7,747 bases of DNA from a virus (lineage: Duplodnaviria > Heunggongvirae > Uroviricota > Caudoviricetes): positions 1 through 7,747 of IMG/VR virus record IMGVR_UViG_2537561714_000016; one strand, 5' to 3'. The notes beneath the pieces were generated by a model that did not search any database, had not been told where the DNA came from, and saw nothing but the letters and a program-made list of their open reading frames with translations. Below are positions 6,229-7,747 of the stretch, piece after piece. Positions within the stretch are counted from its first letter, which is position 1; every line of letters starts with the position of its first letter. The position numbers were made by a program, and so were the translations under genes.

Positions 6229-6722
6229 CCCGGAAGCCCGGGGATCGAAATCTGCAACTGGTTAGCCAGGGAGTTAATTTCAGCGATCAAACCAGGTTTC
6301 GTGTAGCGCCATGCCGCGAGGCCTTGTCCACAGAAGCTCGCCATGTCTTTTTTCTGATCAAACTCATGACATTTCATGTTGAGCTGCGCACTTAAGCTGT
6401 TCCGATGATGAAGCTCTCCGGTGAAGTAATCATCGAGGACTTTATAGGCTGCATATTTAAATCCGGGGTTTAGCCATGCTGCGTAATCATAAGCAACGAA
6501 CTTTCCGCCATAAGTTCCACCGTGCGCACCGCGTTCCGTAAAAACCACAGATTCGTGGTTTTTCTCCAGCTCAGCCAAGAACTCTTTGGTCTGCTTGTTT
6601 CGCAGGTAGTGGTACGGAGATTCAGATTCACTTTTACCACTGGCTTTCCACATATCAGTGAGGCAGATCATGCCATCTTCACCGATACGGATTGGTTGAT
6701 TGAAGAGGGTTAATGATTTCAT
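6225..6722 (-). CDS. KilA-N domain-containing protein
   Basis: 165 aa. N-terminal ~100 aa (IRIGEDGMICLTDMWKASG ... EFL ... ESVVFTERGAHGGTYGGKFVAYDYAAWLNPGF) fit the KilA-N/APSES-like DNA-binding domain pattern of phage P1 KilA and Bro-type proteins. ATG at 6720-6722. Confidence 0.75.
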   Translation of the reverse strand: MKSLTLFNQPIRIGEDGMICLTDMWKASGKSESESPYHYLRNKQTKEFLAELEKNHESVVFTERGAHGGTYGGKFVAYDYAAWLNPGFKYAAYKVLDDYFTGELHHRNSLSAQLNMKCHEFDQKKDMASFCGQGLAAWRYTKPGLIAEINSLANQLQISIPGLPG

Positions 6723-6836
6723 AGCGTGTACCTACTCTTTGAAATGAACCTTTGCCGCACAGGAAACCAGCCCACCGAGGCTCGCCAGCACTAACTGGTA
6801 TCCTCAAAGGCCCATTCCAAAGGGGCAGGTTCGGTG

Positions 6837-6892
6837 TAAAAAACATGCGTTGCGGTACGCATTTATTGCAAAAAGCCCCGCATCGCGAGGCT
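6837..6892 (-). terminator. Tandem rho-independent terminators downstream of the lysis cassette
   Basis: Minus-strand RNA. T1: 8-bp stem AGCCUCGC/GCGGGGCU with a U-G wobble (6874-6892), 3-nt loop, then UUUUU. T2: 6-bp stem ATGCGT/ACGCAT (6845-6862), 6-nt loop, then 7 U (6837-6843). The wobble pair is only possible in the minus-strand transcript, which argues for function on this strand. Confidence 0.5.
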
Positions 6893-6924
6893 CATTAAAT
6901 GGACTTTGTGATTTGCAAAAAAAA

Positions 6925-7362
6925 TTATTTCAGGCATTGCGTCCTGATGTACTCCTGCAGGTAGTTAACCTGCGCGGTTATCTTGTCGATTCCACCTCGG
7001 AGACGGTAATAATTGAGTTCAGCATCTGCTGTAAGTCCTGGGCTTTCTCCATCGCCCATGCTGCTGGCTCCGGTCGTTGACTTTGCACAGGTGGCGGAGA
7101 CTTGCAGGCGCTTACGCCCAGCAGAAACATCAGCACGGAGACTTTCGATAGTCGCATTAGCATCAGCAAGCTCCTTTGTGTATCTGGCGTCAAGTTCTGC
7201 TACATCACGTTGCCGCTTCTGCATATCAGCGATGATGGATGTGGCTTTATCGCGCTGCTCTTTGTAGGCGATGGCGTTATCACGGTAATGATTAACAGCC
7301 CATGACAGGCAGGCGATAATGCAGATAACCAGAGCGGAGATAATAACGGTTACCCTGCTCAT
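6925..7362 (-). CDS. Rz: Rz i-spanin (inner-membrane spanin subunit)
   Basis: N-terminus [34 protein letters not shown] is near-identical to lambda Rz as I recall it: type II signal-anchor followed by coiled coil. ATG at 7360-7362 overlaps the endolysin TGA (ATGA). Confidence 0.85.
   Translation of the reverse strand: MSRVTVIISALVICIIACLSWAVNHYRDNAIAYKEQRDKATSIIADMQKRQRDVAELDARYTKELADANATIESLRADVSAGRKRLQVSATCAKSTTGASSMGDGESPGLTADAELNYYRLRGGIDKITAQVNYLQEYIRTQCLK
6978..7163 (-). CDS. Rz1: Rz1 o-spanin (outer-membrane lipoprotein), embedded in Rz in the +1 frame
   Basis: ATG at 7161-7163 with perfect AAGGAG 7 nt upstream. 61 aa: [36 protein letters not shown]..., with a lipobox (LGVSAC) and Pro-rich mature region, the same architecture as lambda Rz1. 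Entirely nested within Rz. Confidence 0.75.
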   Translation of the reverse strand: MLMRLSKVSVLMFLLGVSACKSPPPVQSQRPEPAAWAMEKAQDLQQMLNSIITVSEVESTR

Positions 7363-7747
7363 TGTTGCCCCCACAAACAGACTTCACGCTCAATCTCGCG
7401 GCGAGTCATCAGCCCTTTCCATTGCTTACCGCCAGCGTATGTCCAGCGCCGTAGCTGATCACATGCGCCTTTGATATCGCCCTGGTTTATTTTGCGAAGA
7501 AGCGTCGATGTTCTGAAATTACCAGCGCCCACGTTGTAAACGAACGAGTAAAGAGCGCCGCGCGTTGTTTCCGGTATATCGACGTTGATGTACGGGTTAA
7601 TTTGTCTGGCGACCGTGGCAAGGTCTTTATTCAGGAGGGCTTTGCATTCTGCTTCGGTATACGTTTTACCGGGCATGATGTCTTTTCCGGTGTGTCCGTG
7701 ACATACAGTCCATACGCCAACGATATCTTTGTATGGTATGTAGCTGA
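7359..7747 (-). CDS. Endolysin, GH24 (T4/P21-type lysozyme), 5'-truncated by window end
   Basis: The frame stays open upstream of the listed internal Met to the window edge (..[38 protein letters not shown]..). The C-terminal 105 aa match P21 R / E. coli RrrD-type lysozymes as I recall them. The N-terminus, including any SAR signal, lies outside the window. Confidence 0.9.
   Translation of the reverse strand, partial: SYIPYKDIVGVWTVCHGHTGKDIMPGKTYTEAECKALLNKDLATVARQINPYINVDIPETTRGALYSFVYNVGAGNFRTSTLLRKINQGDIKGACDQLRRWTYAGGKQWKGLMTRREIEREVCLWGQQ

Noticed and set aside
6522-7305. Plus-strand ORFs antisense to the KilA-N gene and Rz (6522-6713, 6850-7080, 7013-7267, 7102-7305)
   Set aside because: Antisense to genes with strong homology-based support, and 6850-7080 would run through the minus-strand terminators; judged spurious.
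6925-7374. Longer Rz reading frame starting at GTG 7372-7374 (MGATMSR...), and Rz1 frame starting at TTG 7191-7193
   Set aside because: The ATG at 7360-7362 gives the lambda-like N-terminus MSRVT and the classic ATGA overlap with the endolysin stop; for Rz1 the ATG at 7161-7163 has a perfect AAGGAG at ideal spacing. The longer alternative starts are artefacts of permissive start-codon calling.

Overview
This window reads as the late-operon side of a mosaic lambdoid/HK97-like prophage of an enterobacterial host, with almost all genes on the minus strand. In transcription order (high to low coordinates) it holds: a 5'-truncated GH24 endolysin, the Rz/Rz1 spanin pair, tandem intrinsic terminators, a two-gene KilA-N cassette, a roughly 720-bp AT-rich island with no long ORF, a divergent plus-strand DUF3950-like small gene, an HNH endonuclease, a cos-proximal block of GTTAACAT repeats, terminase small and large subunits, and a fused prohead protease-scaffold-major capsid gene. 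No tRNA, CRISPR array, IS element or integrase is visible. I do not see a complete, recognisable novel defence system. The most plausible places for undescribed biology are the terminator-bounded KilA-N cassette, the AT-rich island with its 46-codon hydrophobic ORF, and the GTTAACAT repeat array. All homology statements come from reading the translated ORFs against remembered family features; no database search was run.
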